Below are positions 1-9,095 of a DNA stretch of 64,000 bases, piece by piece. The stretch covers positions 1,920,001 to 1,984,000 of the forward strand of contig OZ241986.1 of the NCBI GenBank assembly GCA_965204375.1. The letters run 5' to 3'. The number at the start of each line of letters is the position of its first letter. The stretch's first letter is position 1. The stretch is from Candidatus Latescibacterota bacterium (lineage in GTDB: Bacteria > Latescibacterota > UBA2968). Made by a program: the position numbers and the translations under genes. A model generated the notes under the pieces. The model did no database searches. It was not told the DNA's origin and worked only from the letters and a program-made list of their open reading frames with translations.

Positions 1-502
1 TGCCATTTGGATGAATAGCATCGTCAAAAAATACGCCAGGAGACCTGTGTAATTGGCTCACGATCACGCGTTCTGAACCGTTGATGACAAATGTACCTTC
101 ATCGGTCATCAACGGCAATTCGCCTAAGAACACTGTCTGCTCGACGATATCTTTAACGCGAAATTCGCCATTTCCCTGCTTTTCTCGAGAAATCAGACGA
201 AGCGTTGAACGCAGAGGCACGGCATAGGTCGTACCGCGTTCGAGACATTCTTGCACATCGTATTTGGGAGTTCCAACGGAATAATCGACAAACTCTAAAG
301 AATAGAGATTGTGGGCGTCTGTGATCGGGAAGATACCTTGGAAGACCGCCTGGAGGCCTTGTTTCTCGCGTACTCCAGGCGGTATATCCTTCTGTAAAAA
401 CCAGTCATAAGAATCGAGCTGGATATCCAGCAGATTCGGCATTTCGATTGCAGACGTGAGAGTTCCGTACGATTTCCGGTCAATAAATCCTCTATCTGCC
501 AA
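1..502 (-). CDS. rpoB: DNA-directed RNA polymerase beta subunit (5' part; runs off window)
   Basis: Manual translation: TTG start at 502 after AGGAG; MADRGFIDRKSYG...MPNLLDIQLDSYDWFLQ...VFLGELPLMTDEGTFVINGSERVIVSQLHRSPGVFF; lies downstream of rplL. Confidence 0.97.
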   Translation of the reverse strand, partial: MADRGFIDRKSYGTLTSAIEMPNLLDIQLDSYDWFLQKDIPPGVREKQGLQAVFQGIFPITDAHNLYSLEFVDYSVGTPKYDVQECLERGTTYAVPLRSTLRLISREKQGNGEFRVKDIVEQTVFLGELPLMTDEGTFVINGSERVIVSQLHRSPGVFFDDAIHPNG

Positions 503-575
503 GGGCTCACGCTCCTGTGCTGGAAGGCTAACGGTCAGTTACGGATTTGTATTGCTGCACAAACTTACAACAACC

Positions 576-950
576 CTACTTGAGTTCCACCACCGCACCG
601 GCTTCTTCCAGTTCTGCCTTGATCTGTTCGGCTTCTTCTTTTTCCACGCCTTCTTTAACGGTATTGGGGGCCCCATCAACCAGAGCTTTGGCTTCTCTGA
701 GCCCCAACGAGGTAAGGCTGCGAACAACCTTGATCACCTGGATTTTTTTGTCTCCAGAAGACGACAAAATCACATCAAATTCTGTCTGCTCTTCAACAGC
801 GGGAGCAGCATCACCGCCACCGCCACCAGGTGCTGCAACAACTGCTGCCTGTGCAGTCACACCAAATTTTTCCTCAAGTGCTTTGACCAATTCGGCCAAC
901 TCGAGCACCGAGAGTTTTTCAATTTCGCTAATGATAGATTCAACAGCCAT
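576..950 (-). CDS. rplL: 50S ribosomal protein L7/L12
   Basis: [21 protein letters not shown]...[10 protein letters not shown]...[10 protein letters not shown]...[14 protein letters not shown]; start moved to ATG 950. Confidence 0.98.
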   Translation of the reverse strand: MAVESIISEIEKLSVLELAELVKALEEKFGVTAQAAVVAAPGGGGGDAAPAVEEQTEFDVILSSSGDKKIQVIKVVRSLTSLGLREAKALVDGAPNTVKEGVEKEEAEQIKAELEEAGAVVELK

Positions 951-995
951 AAATATACCTCCGTCCAGCAATGAATTGGGTGGGTAATAAGCGGG

Positions 996-1529
996 CTATT
1001 CGCCGCCTTCTTCCTTTCTTTTTTCCGCAACAGCTTGAAGTGTACCAACGAGTTTTTGCAAAATGCCATTCAGCGTAAAGGCAAGGCCGCTTATCGGGCT
1101 TTGTATTGCAGATACCATCTGGCCCAGCAGAACATCGCGCGAAGGGATTTCGGCCAGTCGCTCAATCTGGTCTGCAATAAAGACCTCGCCATCGATATAC
1201 CCGGCTTTAATCGCGGGCTTGCCATCGGTTTCTTCAGCAAATTTGGTCAAGACACGAGCTGGTGCTACGGGATCTCCATCGGCGCAAACAAGCCCTGTGG
1301 GGCCGCGGAACACATCGTCGAGCCCCTCAACTCCGGCTTGTTTAACCGCCAGTTTAGCCAACCGATTTTTTATTACGAGATAAGAAACAGACTCTTCGCG
1401 GAGTTGCTTGCGCAACAGGGTAAATGAAGGAACGTCTAACCCCGTAAAATCAGTTAAATACAACCCTTTGGCTCGTTTTAAGATATCTGTCAACTCTGCG
1501 ACAGTAGCCTCTTTTTCAGCAGTCGGCAT
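996..1529 (-). CDS. rplJ: 50S ribosomal protein L10
   Basis: DFTGLDV...LRKQLRE...VIKNRLAKLA...GPTGL...LAEIPSRDVLL; position between rplA and rplL. Confidence 0.97.
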   Translation of the reverse strand: MPTAEKEATVAELTDILKRAKGLYLTDFTGLDVPSFTLLRKQLREESVSYLVIKNRLAKLAVKQAGVEGLDDVFRGPTGLVCADGDPVAPARVLTKFAEETDGKPAIKAGYIDGEVFIADQIERLAEIPSRDVLLGQMVSAIQSPISGLAFTLNGILQKLVGTLQAVAEKRKEEGGE

Positions 1530-1546
1530 TTCTGTACCTTCCTTAA

Positions 1547-2248
1547 TCAATTGGCCGCCAGTGCCGTGCGGTCCAGGCGTATCCCCGGTCCCATTGTGGT
1601 AGATAATGTGACCGAACGCATGTATTGTCCTTTTGTAGAAGATGGACGCGCTCTGATAATTGCATCGATCAATACCTGAGCATTCTCCTGAAGACGCTGT
1701 GCATCAAAAGACGCTTTGCCTACAGGCGTATGCACATTGGACGTTCTATCGACCCGATATTCTACACGCCCCGCTTTGGCTTCCTGCACAGCACGAGCCG
1801 CATCGGGTGTCACCGTGCCACTCTTGGGATTGGGCATCAGGCCTCGAGGGCCAAGAATGCGTCCCAATCGCCCGACCTGTCCCATCATGTCGGGCGTGGC
1901 AATCGCCACATCAAAATCTGTCCATCCGTCATTGATCTTTTCCACCAGGTCTTCGGCACCTACAAAATCTGCTCCCACTGTTTCGGCAGCAGCGGCAGGC
2001 TCACCTCTGGCAAAAACTGCAACGCGCACGGATTTGCCCAGCCCGTGTGGCAAGACTACTGTGCCGCGAACGAGTTGGTCGGATTGTCGCGGATCAACGC
2101 CCAGTCGGAACGAGAGCTCAACTGTTTCGTCAAATTTCCGAGTGGGCATTTTTTTTAAGATATCAACGGCTTCTGCCAGACCGTAATGCGTTTGGCGGTC
2201 AAAAAGCGCGGCCGCTTGTTTATAGCGTTTGGATTGCCCTCGTGCCAT
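1547..2248 (-). CDS. rplA: 50S ribosomal protein L1
   Basis: KFDETVEL...[24 protein letters not shown]...[20 protein letters not shown]. Confidence 0.99.
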   Translation of the reverse strand: MARGQSKRYKQAAALFDRQTHYGLAEAVDILKKMPTRKFDETVELSFRLGVDPRQSDQLVRGTVVLPHGLGKSVRVAVFARGEPAAAAETVGADFVGAEDLVEKINDGWTDFDVAIATPDMMGQVGRLGRILGPRGLMPNPKSGTVTPDAARAVQEAKAGRVEYRVDRTSNVHTPVGKASFDAQRLQENAQVLIDAIIRARPSSTKGQYMRSVTLSTTMGPGIRLDRTALAAN

Positions 2249-2260
2249 ATATACCTCCGG

Positions 2261-2686
2261 TCAATTGTTGACGGTCAGACCCATACTGCGAGCCGTTCCC
2301 GCAATCATGCGCTTGGCTGCCTCAATGCTACCCGCGTTGAGGTCTTGAACTTTCATTTCTGCAATTTCCTGGAGTTGAGCATCGGTCACGGACCCCACTT
2401 TGTCCCGATTGGATTCCGGCGACCCTTTGGCAATCCCCGCTGCTCTCTTGAGCAACACGGCTGCAGGCGGACTCTTCAACTCAAAAGTAAAGCTCCTATC
2501 TGCATAAACAGTAATAATCGCGGGAATTATCAAACCCTGTTTATCCTGAGTTTGTGCATTAAAAGCTTTGCAAAACTCCATAATATTGACGCCGTGCTGT
2601 CCCAAAGCTGGACCAACCGGCGGTGTGGGCGTCGCCTGTCCAGCGGGAATTTGTAACTTGATTGTTGTGAGAATTTTTCTTGCCAT
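2261..2686 (-). CDS. rplK: 50S ribosomal protein L11
   Basis: [35 protein letters not shown]...IAGTARSMG. Confidence 0.99.
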   Translation of the reverse strand: MARKILTTIKLQIPAGQATPTPPVGPALGQHGVNIMEFCKAFNAQTQDKQGLIIPAIITVYADRSFTFELKSPPAAVLLKRAAGIAKGSPESNRDKVGSVTDAQLQEIAEMKVQDLNAGSIEAAKRMIAGTARSMGLTVNN

Positions 2687-2698
2687 TAAAGCCTCTCG

Positions 2699-3235
2699 TT
2701 ATCGCGATTCGACTGCTTCTTCAACCTGTAAAACATCTAATTCCACGGGTGTGTTGCGCCCAAAGATGCTAACCATCACTTTGATCTTGCTCTTTTCTGG
2801 ATTGATGTCATCAACCAGGCCAATAAAATCGCTGAATGGACCATCGATCACCTTGACCCGGTCGCCCACTTGATAGGGCACATCAGAAGTTTCCTCAACC
2901 GGACGACGCTCAATTTGTCCCAAAATGCGGTTCACTTCTTCTTCGCGCAGAGGTTGTGGTCTTCGACCAGGACCAACAAAACTCGTCACACCTGGCACAC
3001 TGGTAACAAAATATAGGGACTCTTTGTCCATATCCAGTTCAACCAAAAGATAACTGGGTAAAAATTTCTTGAGGGATGTCGTTTTCCGTCCATCCTTCAT
3101 CTCGACGACTTCCTCAGTAGGCACGATCACCCGACCAATTTTGTCGCCAACATCAATGTTTTCTTTGGCGGCTTCAATATAGCTCTTGACCTTATTTTCG
3201 TGCCCAGAATAGGTGTGGACAACGTACCATTTCAT
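2699..3235 (-). CDS. nusG: Transcription termination/antitermination factor NusG
   Basis: KWYVVHTYSGHENKVK...PGVTSFVG...GDRVKVIDGPF...VSIFGRNTPVEL (NGN + KOW). Confidence 0.98.
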   Translation of the reverse strand: MKWYVVHTYSGHENKVKSYIEAAKENIDVGDKIGRVIVPTEEVVEMKDGRKTTSLKKFLPSYLLVELDMDKESLYFVTSVPGVTSFVGPGRRPQPLREEEVNRILGQIERRPVEETSDVPYQVGDRVKVIDGPFSDFIGLVDDINPEKSKIKVMVSIFGRNTPVELDVLQVEEAVESR

Positions 3236-3263
3236 CGGTCGAAGACTCCCTAACAAAAATCCT

Positions 3264-3449
3264 TTAAATCAGGATAAACTCCATAATACTCGCCAAAAAA
3301 GTATCCACAATATAAATGAATCCGGCCAGTGCAAGTGACAATATAAGCACAATTGTAGTCGATGACTTGAGTTCGTCACGAGTAGGCCAGGTGACCTTTC
3401 CCATTTCAACGCGCACTTCGCCGATAAATTGACTGATTTTACCAAACAT
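3264..3449 (-). CDS. secE: Preprotein translocase subunit SecE
   Basis: FIGEVRVEMGKVTWPTRDEL plus one TM helix; between tRNA-Trp and nusG. Confidence 0.95.
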   Translation of the reverse strand: MFGKISQFIGEVRVEMGKVTWPTRDELKSSTTIVLILSLALAGFIYIVDTFLASIMEFILI

Positions 3450-3464
3450 AATAAAATAAAAAAA

Positions 3465-3540
3465 TGGCAGGCCAGGCAGGACTTGAACCCGCAACCGTCG
3501 GTTTTGGAGACCGATGCTCTACCAGTTGAGCTACTGACCT
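3465..3540 (-). tRNA. tRNA-Trp (CCA)
   Basis: AGGTCAGTAGCTCAACTGGTAGAGCATCGGTCTCCAAAACCGACGGTTGCGGGTTCAAGTCCTGCCTGGCCTGCCA; cloverleaf, encoded CCA. Confidence 0.97.
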
Positions 3541-3552
3541 ACCCAAAAACAA

Positions 3553-3628
<76 letters not shown>

Positions 3629-3653
3629 TTTGGGCAATCCCCACTTGAGGTTC

Positions 3654-3730
3654 TGGAGCGGGAAACGGGACTCGAACCCGCGACCCTCAGCTTGGAAGGC
3701 TGACGCTCTGGCCAACTGAGCTATTCCCGC
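3654..3730 (-). tRNA. tRNA-Gly (TCC)
   Basis: GCGGGAATAGCTCAGTTGGCCAGAGCGTCAGCCTTCCAAGCTGAGGGTCGCGGGTTCGAGTCCCGTTTCCCGCTCCA. Confidence 0.97.
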
Positions 3731-3806
3731 CCGGCTATGTATAAAAAACAACCCTTTTCTACAAAAGGGATCGGTATTGCCAAAAAATAATTTTCCGAGA
3801 ATGAAC

Positions 3807-3835
3807 AAAATATGAAAAAGACAGTCTCAGGTCAA
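3807..3835 (-). promoter_or_regulatory. sigma70-like promoter upstream of tRNA-Gly/Thr/Trp-secE
   Basis: TTGACC-N17-TATTTT on minus strand. Confidence 0.55.
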
Positions 3836-3950
3836 GAGAATTTTGTATAATTCAAACCCGTGATAGATATCAAAAAATGGGAAATCGGTGTTTTGTAATG
3901 CGGGCCTAACTTGCCCGCTGTGTCTTGGGGGAGGAAACTATTGGAGTTTT

Positions 3951-4036
3951 TGGTGGGGGGTGGCGGATTCGAACCACCGAAGGCATAAGCCAGCAGATTT
4001 ACAGTCTGCCCCAGTTGGCCGCTTTGGTAACCCCCC
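3951..4036 (-). tRNA. tRNA-Tyr (GTA)
   Basis: GGGGGGTTACCAAAGCGGCCAACTGGGGCAGACTGTAAATCTGCTGGCTTATGCCTTCGGTGGTTCGAATCCGCCACCCCCCACCA; long variable arm. Confidence 0.96.
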
Positions 4037-4055
4037 AATCTATAACAGCTTGAAA

Positions 4056-4084
4056 AAAATACCAGAAGATATTTTGATAGTCAA
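4056..4084 (-). promoter_or_regulatory. sigma70-like promoter of tRNA-Tyr
   Basis: TTGACT-N17-TATTTT about 20 nt upstream of the tRNA. Confidence 0.6.
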
Positions 4085-4113
4085 GACCAAAATTGCTCAA
4101 CGCCAATTGCAGA

Positions 4114-4142
4114 TTGACAAATCTGCCTACCTTTGCTATTTT
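4114..4142 (+). promoter_or_regulatory. sigma70-like promoter of the sugar isomerase gene
   Basis: TTGACA-N17-TATTTT. Confidence 0.6.
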
Positions 4143-4200
4143 CCGAGTTCAATTTTCCGCATTCAACTTTCTATCAGATGTCTGGCGTGAAAGGAGTAAA

Positions 4201-5115
4201 ATGACCGACCCCATTCAAAACTATGCGCGTATTGGTATTGTTCACTTTATGGCCTATAAAGCTTGCCTTGGCGGCGAAGGTCCCATTTTGGAAACCCTGG
4301 AAAAAATCGCCCTTGATCCCTATTTCCAGGTCGTTGAAGTCACCCACATGAAAGACCCACAGGTGCGAGCACAAGCACGCGACTTGCTCAGTGCTGCCCA
4401 CATGGATGTGGCTTTTGGCGCACAACCCATTCTACTGGGCAACCAGTTCAATATCAATGCTCCTGATGTCGCCCACCGTCAAAGTGCTGTTGACGCTGTC
4501 AAAGCGGGAATCGACCAGGCCGAAGAACTCGGTGCTCCAGGCTGTGCCCTGCTTTCAGGCGCAGATCCGGGTTCCGAAGCCCGCGAAGAAGGTCTCGACC
4601 TGCTGGTAGATTCTTTGAGTCAACTCTGCGAGTATGCTGGCGAAAAGAATATGGATATTGTACTTGAAACCTTTGACCGCGTACCGTATGGCAAAAATTG
4701 TATTGTGGGACCTAACGCCCTCGCCGTTGAAGTCTCAAATCGTCTCAGACGTCAGTATCCCCACTTTGGCCTGATGCTCGATTTGAGCCATTTCCCACTT
4801 CAGGGTGAAAGCACGGCTTACGCCATCAACATCGCCCGGGACCACATCGTCCACATGCACATCGGAAATTGCGTAATGTCCAACCCCAATCACCCGGCCT
4901 ATGGCGATAATCATCCCCGCTTTGGCTGCGAAGATGGCGAAAACGACGTACCCGAAGTAGTGGAATGTCTCCGCGAACTGCTCAACATCGGTTATCTCGA
5001 CCCCGATAAGCGCCCCATCTTGAGCTTTGAAGTCGGCCCAATGGAAGGGGAATCCTCGGAAATCATTATCGCCAATGCCAAGCGCGTACTCGACGAGGCC
5101 TGGGCGCAAGTCTAA
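4201..5115 (+). CDS. Sugar phosphate isomerase/epimerase family (xylose isomerase-like TIM barrel)
   Basis: AGGAG RBS before ATG 4201; metal-ligand motifs VLETFD, LDLSHF, HMHIGN, LSFEV. Confidence 0.8.
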   Translation: MTDPIQNYARIGIVHFMAYKACLGGEGPILETLEKIALDPYFQVVEVTHMKDPQVRAQARDLLSAAHMDVAFGAQPILLGNQFNINAPDVAHRQSAVDAVKAGIDQAEELGAPGCALLSGADPGSEAREEGLDLLVDSLSQLCEYAGEKNMDIVLETFDRVPYGKNCIVGPNALAVEVSNRLRRQYPHFGLMLDLSHFPLQGESTAYAINIARDHIVHMHIGNCVMSNPNHPAYGDNHPRFGCEDGENDVPEVVECLRELLNIGYLDPDKRPILSFEVGPMEGESSEIIIANAKRVLDEAWAQV

Positions 5116-5124
5116 AAGCGCAAG

Positions 5125-5214
5125 CGAATCTACGATAGTAGTTGGGTGGTTGGGCGGGGTTCGTCTATGAACTGGCCTGAGAGGCGGCCAGTTGTACACC
5201 GCTCCGTCTATTCG
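5125..5214. repeat. Modular TCTA-jointed palindromic element, copy 1
   Basis: CGAA-TCTA-[A]-TCTA-[B hairpin AACTGGCC/GGCCAGTT]-TCTA-TTCG; related copy at 51801-51905. Confidence 0.8.
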
Positions 5215-5218
5215 TGCT

Positions 5219-5259
5219 ATAGTCGGACTTTCCCGAAAGAGAAGGCCCGACTATTTTTT
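5219..5259 (+). terminator. Intrinsic terminator
   Basis: ATAGTCGG...GAAA...CCGACTAT stem followed by a T run, between convergent genes. Confidence 0.7.
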
Positions 5260-5272
5260 AATCGCGAAATAC

Positions 5273-6019
5273 TCAATTCCAATATTCACTTCGTGCAGGC
5301 GGTCCAGGCTTTAATGTCCTGCGGATCAACAGACCCAAAACTCGGGTGAACACCACCAACAAAAAAAAATTAAACATCGAAGCAAGTATCAAACCCACCC
5401 AGGACAAGTGTTCCAATATCAAACTGCCGAGCAGAGATATCCCAAACAGACCCAAACACGCCTGAATGTAATCGATCCGAACAATCTGGCGCAAATCCCG
5501 CCAAACAGGCCCTGGTTCAAATGCCATCCACACGCGCCCTTCGGCAGCAAATCGCGTAAATACAATGGGGAAAAAAACGTAAAAAAAGATAATCGTGAAT
5601 AGCAGCAACAGCGCCGATGTCCCGGCCTCTTCTACAGAACTCGGCATCAGACCCAATACCGAAACCACCATTGCAAAACCCGCAATTCCAATGACACTAT
5701 ATCCCAGGACAATGAGGAACAACCAGAAACCCGCCACCCCGTAAGCCCACCAATTGCTCCAAGAAGGCAAGTTAAGCGATTCAGTACCGTTGAGTGCATC
5801 GACAAAAATTCGGTATAAGTAACCCCAGGCAATGAACAATAATCCAAAGGTTACAACCAGCAACACACCCGCCATCTCAAGTCCAATTTGCCCGGTGAGA
5901 ATCAGCACCAGAACCAGTGTGGGCAGCAAATTTAAGACGCCACCCGGGATAATTTTTTGCCACCAGCCAGGCGTCTGAAACAGGGTGCGGAGTGTATTAA
6001 ATAAAATAATGCCAAACAT
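5273..6019 (-). CDS. DUF4013-like multi-pass membrane protein
   Basis: WWQKIIPGG...WGYLYRI...LNLPSWSNW pattern and several hydrophobic helices; start uncertain (6019 or 6061). Confidence 0.6.
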   Translation of the reverse strand: MFGIILFNTLRTLFQTPGWWQKIIPGGVLNLLPTLVLVLILTGQIGLEMAGVLLVVTFGLLFIAWGYLYRIFVDALNGTESLNLPSWSNWWAYGVAGFWLFLIVLGYSVIGIAGFAMVVSVLGLMPSSVEEAGTSALLLLFTIIFFYVFFPIVFTRFAAEGRVWMAFEPGPVWRDLRQIVRIDYIQACLGLFGISLLGSLILEHLSWVGLILASMFNFFLLVVFTRVLGLLIRRTLKPGPPARSEYWN

Positions 6020-6032
6020 AGCTTTCCACTGG

Positions 6033-7226
6033 TCAGACTGCGTCAAGTGCCCGTCCGACATCGGCAATAATATCCTCGGTGTCTTCAATGCCTACGGCAT
6101 AGCGCACCAACTCATCGGCAATCCCAATTGCCAATCGGTCTTCGCGCGCCAATTCGTAATACGAAATAGATGCGGGATGCGAAACGAGGCTCTCCACACC
6201 TCCCAGACTGGCCCCGATACACGGGATTTGCAAGCGGTCAATAAAAGCCAGTGTACCTGCCTCATCAGCATCTAAATCAAAACTCACCAGCCCGCCAAAT
6301 CCACGCATCTGCGCTTTGGCAACATCGTGGTGTGGATGGCTTTCCAAACCCGGATAATACACGCGCTTTACCCGATCGTGCTTTTCCAAAAACTGCGCCA
6401 ATAGTAGCGCCGTTTCATTTTGCTTACCCATTCGCAGTGGAAAAGTCTTGATCCCCCGGATCAGCAAATAAGCGCAATGCGGATCGATCACCCCTCCCAA
6501 AATACCTCGATAGTCGCGAATCGCACCAACAAGGGGCGCATTGCCCAGCACAGCACCAGCCATCAAATCGTTGTGCCCCCCCAAATACTTGGTCGCCGAA
6601 TGAATGACCAGATCAACGCCAAATTCGAGCGGACGCTGGTTTAAGGGCGTGGCAAATGTGCTGTCAATAATCGTCTTAATCCGATGCCTTCTTCCAATGT
6701 CAACCAGCTTTTCCAGATCGATCACATTGAGGTGTGGATTTGTCGGAGACTCGGAAATAATCACCCGCGTGTTATCTCTGATTGCGCCTTCCAATTCGGC
6801 GTAATCACCCGCGTGAACAAATGAGGTCTCAATACTAAATTTTTTTAACACCATCTGACAAAATTGTGCGGTCTTGCGATAGCAGTCATCCATAATCACC
6901 GCGTGGTTTCCGGTTGATAGCATGCCCAGTAGCGTAGTCGTCACAGCACTCATACCCGACGAAAATAAAATAGCGGCCTCTGCGCCTTCCAATTCGGCGA
7001 GCTTGGATTCTGCAGCATGCTGTGTTGGATTGCCGTAGCGCCCATAGTCAATCTGCGGGTTTTGACCATCTACAAACGCTTTAACAGCATGCGTATCTTC
7101 AAATACATAAGTCGATGTCTGCGCAATGGGCACTGTCAGAGATTTTCCCCAGTGTCCCCTTTCTTCACCTGCATGAACCGCCTGTGTTCCCGAACAGGGC
7201 GCGTGCGTTTCGCACTTTTCAGACAT
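6033..7226 (-). CDS. metB: PLP-dependent cystathionine gamma-synthase (plant-like, Cys/Met metabolism family)
   Basis: YGRYGNPT, ESPTNP, IDSTFATP, HSATKYLGGHND (PLP Lys), SLGGVESL; DCYRKT motif; GGAG RBS; SAM-II leader upstream. Confidence 0.8.
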   Translation of the reverse strand: MSEKCETHAPCSGTQAVHAGEERGHWGKSLTVPIAQTSTYVFEDTHAVKAFVDGQNPQIDYGRYGNPTQHAAESKLAELEGAEAAILFSSGMSAVTTTLLGMLSTGNHAVIMDDCYRKTAQFCQMVLKKFSIETSFVHAGDYAELEGAIRDNTRVIISESPTNPHLNVIDLEKLVDIGRRHRIKTIIDSTFATPLNQRPLEFGVDLVIHSATKYLGGHNDLMAGAVLGNAPLVGAIRDYRGILGGVIDPHCAYLLIRGIKTFPLRMGKQNETALLLAQFLEKHDRVKRVYYPGLESHPHHDVAKAQMRGFGGLVSFDLDADEAGTLAFIDRLQIPCIGASLGGVESLVSHPASISYYELAREDRLAIGIADELVRYAVGIEDTEDIIADVGRALDAV

Positions 7227-7237
7227 GCGCCATCTCC

Positions 7238-7266
7238 AAAAAAAAGCGGAGCCACAAAAGCCCCGC
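7238..7266 (-). terminator. Terminator-like hairpin 2 in metB leader, abutting the RBS
   Basis: GCGGGGC-TTTTGTG-GCTCCGC-T8-GGAG on minus strand. Confidence 0.65.
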
Positions 7267-7275
7267 GCAGTACGC

Positions 7276-7304
7276 AAAAAAACCGGACTAAAAAGCCCGG
7301 TTTT
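7276..7304 (-). terminator. Terminator hairpin 1 in metB leader
   Basis: AAAACCGGGCT-TTTT-AGTCCGGTTTTTTT on minus strand, directly after the riboswitch. Confidence 0.7.
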
Positions 7305-7312
7305 GGGAATAA

Positions 7313-7361
7313 CTTTTTAGCGACTTGTTTAAAGTGGCTGCAATATGCCGCAAATCACCAC
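7313..7361 (-). ncRNA. SAM-II (SAM-alpha) riboswitch aptamer
   Basis: GTGGTGATTTGCGGCATATTGCAGCCACTTTAAACAAGTCGCTAAAAAG matches the recalled SAM-II consensus (GUGG/CCAC stem, UGAUUUG/CAAGUCG pseudoknot, GCUAAA tail); upstream of a Met-pathway gene. Confidence 0.85.
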
Positions 7362-7411
7362 TTGCCATAGCTGTATTCTGGGAATGTAAACAAAACCCCC
7401 AACCATGTCAA

Positions 7412-8761
7412 CTATCGATTGGCTTCAATCCGATCAAAAATCGCCTTTTTTACCGCATCGGCTTCGGGAGGCAACACAACGGGTTCATTGCGGTAATGTG
7501 AGCTGACACCCCAATCCTGTAACTGATCCCGATGATAGCCCATCTTAAACTCGCTAAACTTCAAACCATGAGCCGTTGAAATCACGATCACCCGATCACT
7601 TTTCTGAATCACACCCCTGTCAACCAACTTGAACAATGCTGCGAAAGCCACCCCGGTATGCGGGCAAGCAAACAAACCCGTGCGGTCGGCACGCGCAGCC
7701 GCATCGGCCAATTCCTCCTCGCTGGCTTGCTCTACGACACCACCGAATATTTTAAGCGTTTGGATCGCTTTTTCCCGACTCACCGGATTGCCGATCTGGA
7801 TCGCACTCGCCAATGTCGGCTGTGCCTGAATCGGTTCAAAACTATCAAAATTCTTTTCAAAACTACGGTAGAGCGGGTTTGCCCTATCGGCCTGAGCAAC
7901 CGCAATGCGCGGCAACCGGTCAATTAAACCAAGGGCTTCCATTTCGAGAAAACCCTTACCGAGCGCACTCACATTGCCCAGATTTCCACCGGGAATCACA
8001 ACCCAATCTGGAACTTCCCAATCAAATTGTTGCACCAATTCGATGCTGATTGTTTTTTGTCCCTCTACCCGCAGCGAATTCATCGAATTGGCCAAATAGA
8101 TATTTTCCTCATGGCAAATTTCCTGTACGAGCCTCATACATCCATCAAAATCGGTCTCCAAACTCAACACCAGCGCACCATTGGCCAGAGGTTGCAAAAG
8201 TTGTGCGGTCGAGATTTTGTCCCTCGGCAAAAAAACCACCGATTGTATGCCCGCCGCCGCACAATACGCAGCCAATGCCGCCGAGGTATCCCCAGTAGAT
8301 GCACACGCAACCGCCGGAATACGCGTCCCTTCAAACAGCATCTGTTTCACCATGGATACCAGAACCGTCATGCCCAAATCTTTGAACGATCCCGTATGGC
8401 TGTTACCGCATTGCTTAACCCACAAATCCTCAACGCCAATTTCTCGGCCCAAACGCTCGGCCCAAAACAGATTGCTACCCCCTTCGTACATCGACACCAC
8501 ATTGTCTTCGTGAACTACGGGGCAGACCAGTTCTTTTTTCCCCCATACAGAACTGCCATAAGGCCATTTTGTCGTCATATAACGCTTATCAAATAACCCG
8601 CGCCAATAACTGCCCGACTTGCGTTTGAGCATCTCCATATCGTGCGCCACTTCGAGCAATCCCCCACAGGTCGGACATGCGTAAATCACATCTGTCAACG
8701 CATATCGCCCTTCGCATCCGCGAAAACACTGAAACCAAGCATTGTAAGTTGTATCGTTCAT
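7412..8761 (-). CDS. thrC: Threonine synthase (plant-type, N-terminal Cys-rich extension)
   Basis: [16 protein letters not shown] (PLP Lys), [46 protein letters not shown]. Confidence 0.92.
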   Translation of the reverse strand: MNDTTYNAWFQCFRGCEGRYALTDVIYACPTCGGLLEVAHDMEMLKRKSGSYWRGLFDKRYMTTKWPYGSSVWGKKELVCPVVHEDNVVSMYEGGSNLFWAERLGREIGVEDLWVKQCGNSHTGSFKDLGMTVLVSMVKQMLFEGTRIPAVACASTGDTSAALAAYCAAAGIQSVVFLPRDKISTAQLLQPLANGALVLSLETDFDGCMRLVQEICHEENIYLANSMNSLRVEGQKTISIELVQQFDWEVPDWVVIPGGNLGNVSALGKGFLEMEALGLIDRLPRIAVAQADRANPLYRSFEKNFDSFEPIQAQPTLASAIQIGNPVSREKAIQTLKIFGGVVEQASEEELADAAARADRTGLFACPHTGVAFAALFKLVDRGVIQKSDRVIVISTAHGLKFSEFKMGYHRDQLQDWGVSSHYRNEPVVLPPEADAVKKAIFDRIEANR

Positions 8762-8834
8762 ATTTTCGTTACGCATTATGACAAAACTCAGCACAAATGC
8801 ACTAAACTCGCCAACACTTCCACATATCACAGAA

Positions 8835-9095
8835 TTATTTCAATGGAGCTATTTTGCCGGGATCCTCTAAATCTTGCGCTCGTTCCCAAGCTGCCCGCAA
8901 TTCCGCTTGATGCAAAGACGCCCAGCGAAGCACAAGTCGTTGCTCTCTTGTTGGCAAGAAGCCTTTTAGTACTTCAAGAGTTTCAATTCCAATAACTGCC
9001 TGGTTATCACCATACAGTGCGTGAAAATGCGCTGGCGGATGTTCTCTAAAATGAATTTGGATGATAATTCCGTAAAAGCGACAAAGTTCAGGCAT
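8835..9095 (-). CDS. DUF4160 domain protein (putative TA component)
   Basis: [29 protein letters not shown]...[17 protein letters not shown]. Confidence 0.85.
   Translation of the reverse strand: MPELCRFYGIIIQIHFREHPPAHFHALYGDNQAVIGIETLEVLKGFLPTREQRLVLRWASLHQAELRAAWERAQDLEDPGKIAPLK

Noticed and set aside
295-2873. Many 60-180 aa ORFs overlapping rpoB and the ribosomal protein genes
   Set aside because: Antisense or off-frame shadows of highly conserved genes, with no RBS or motifs. The same applies to most short overlapping ORFs across the window.
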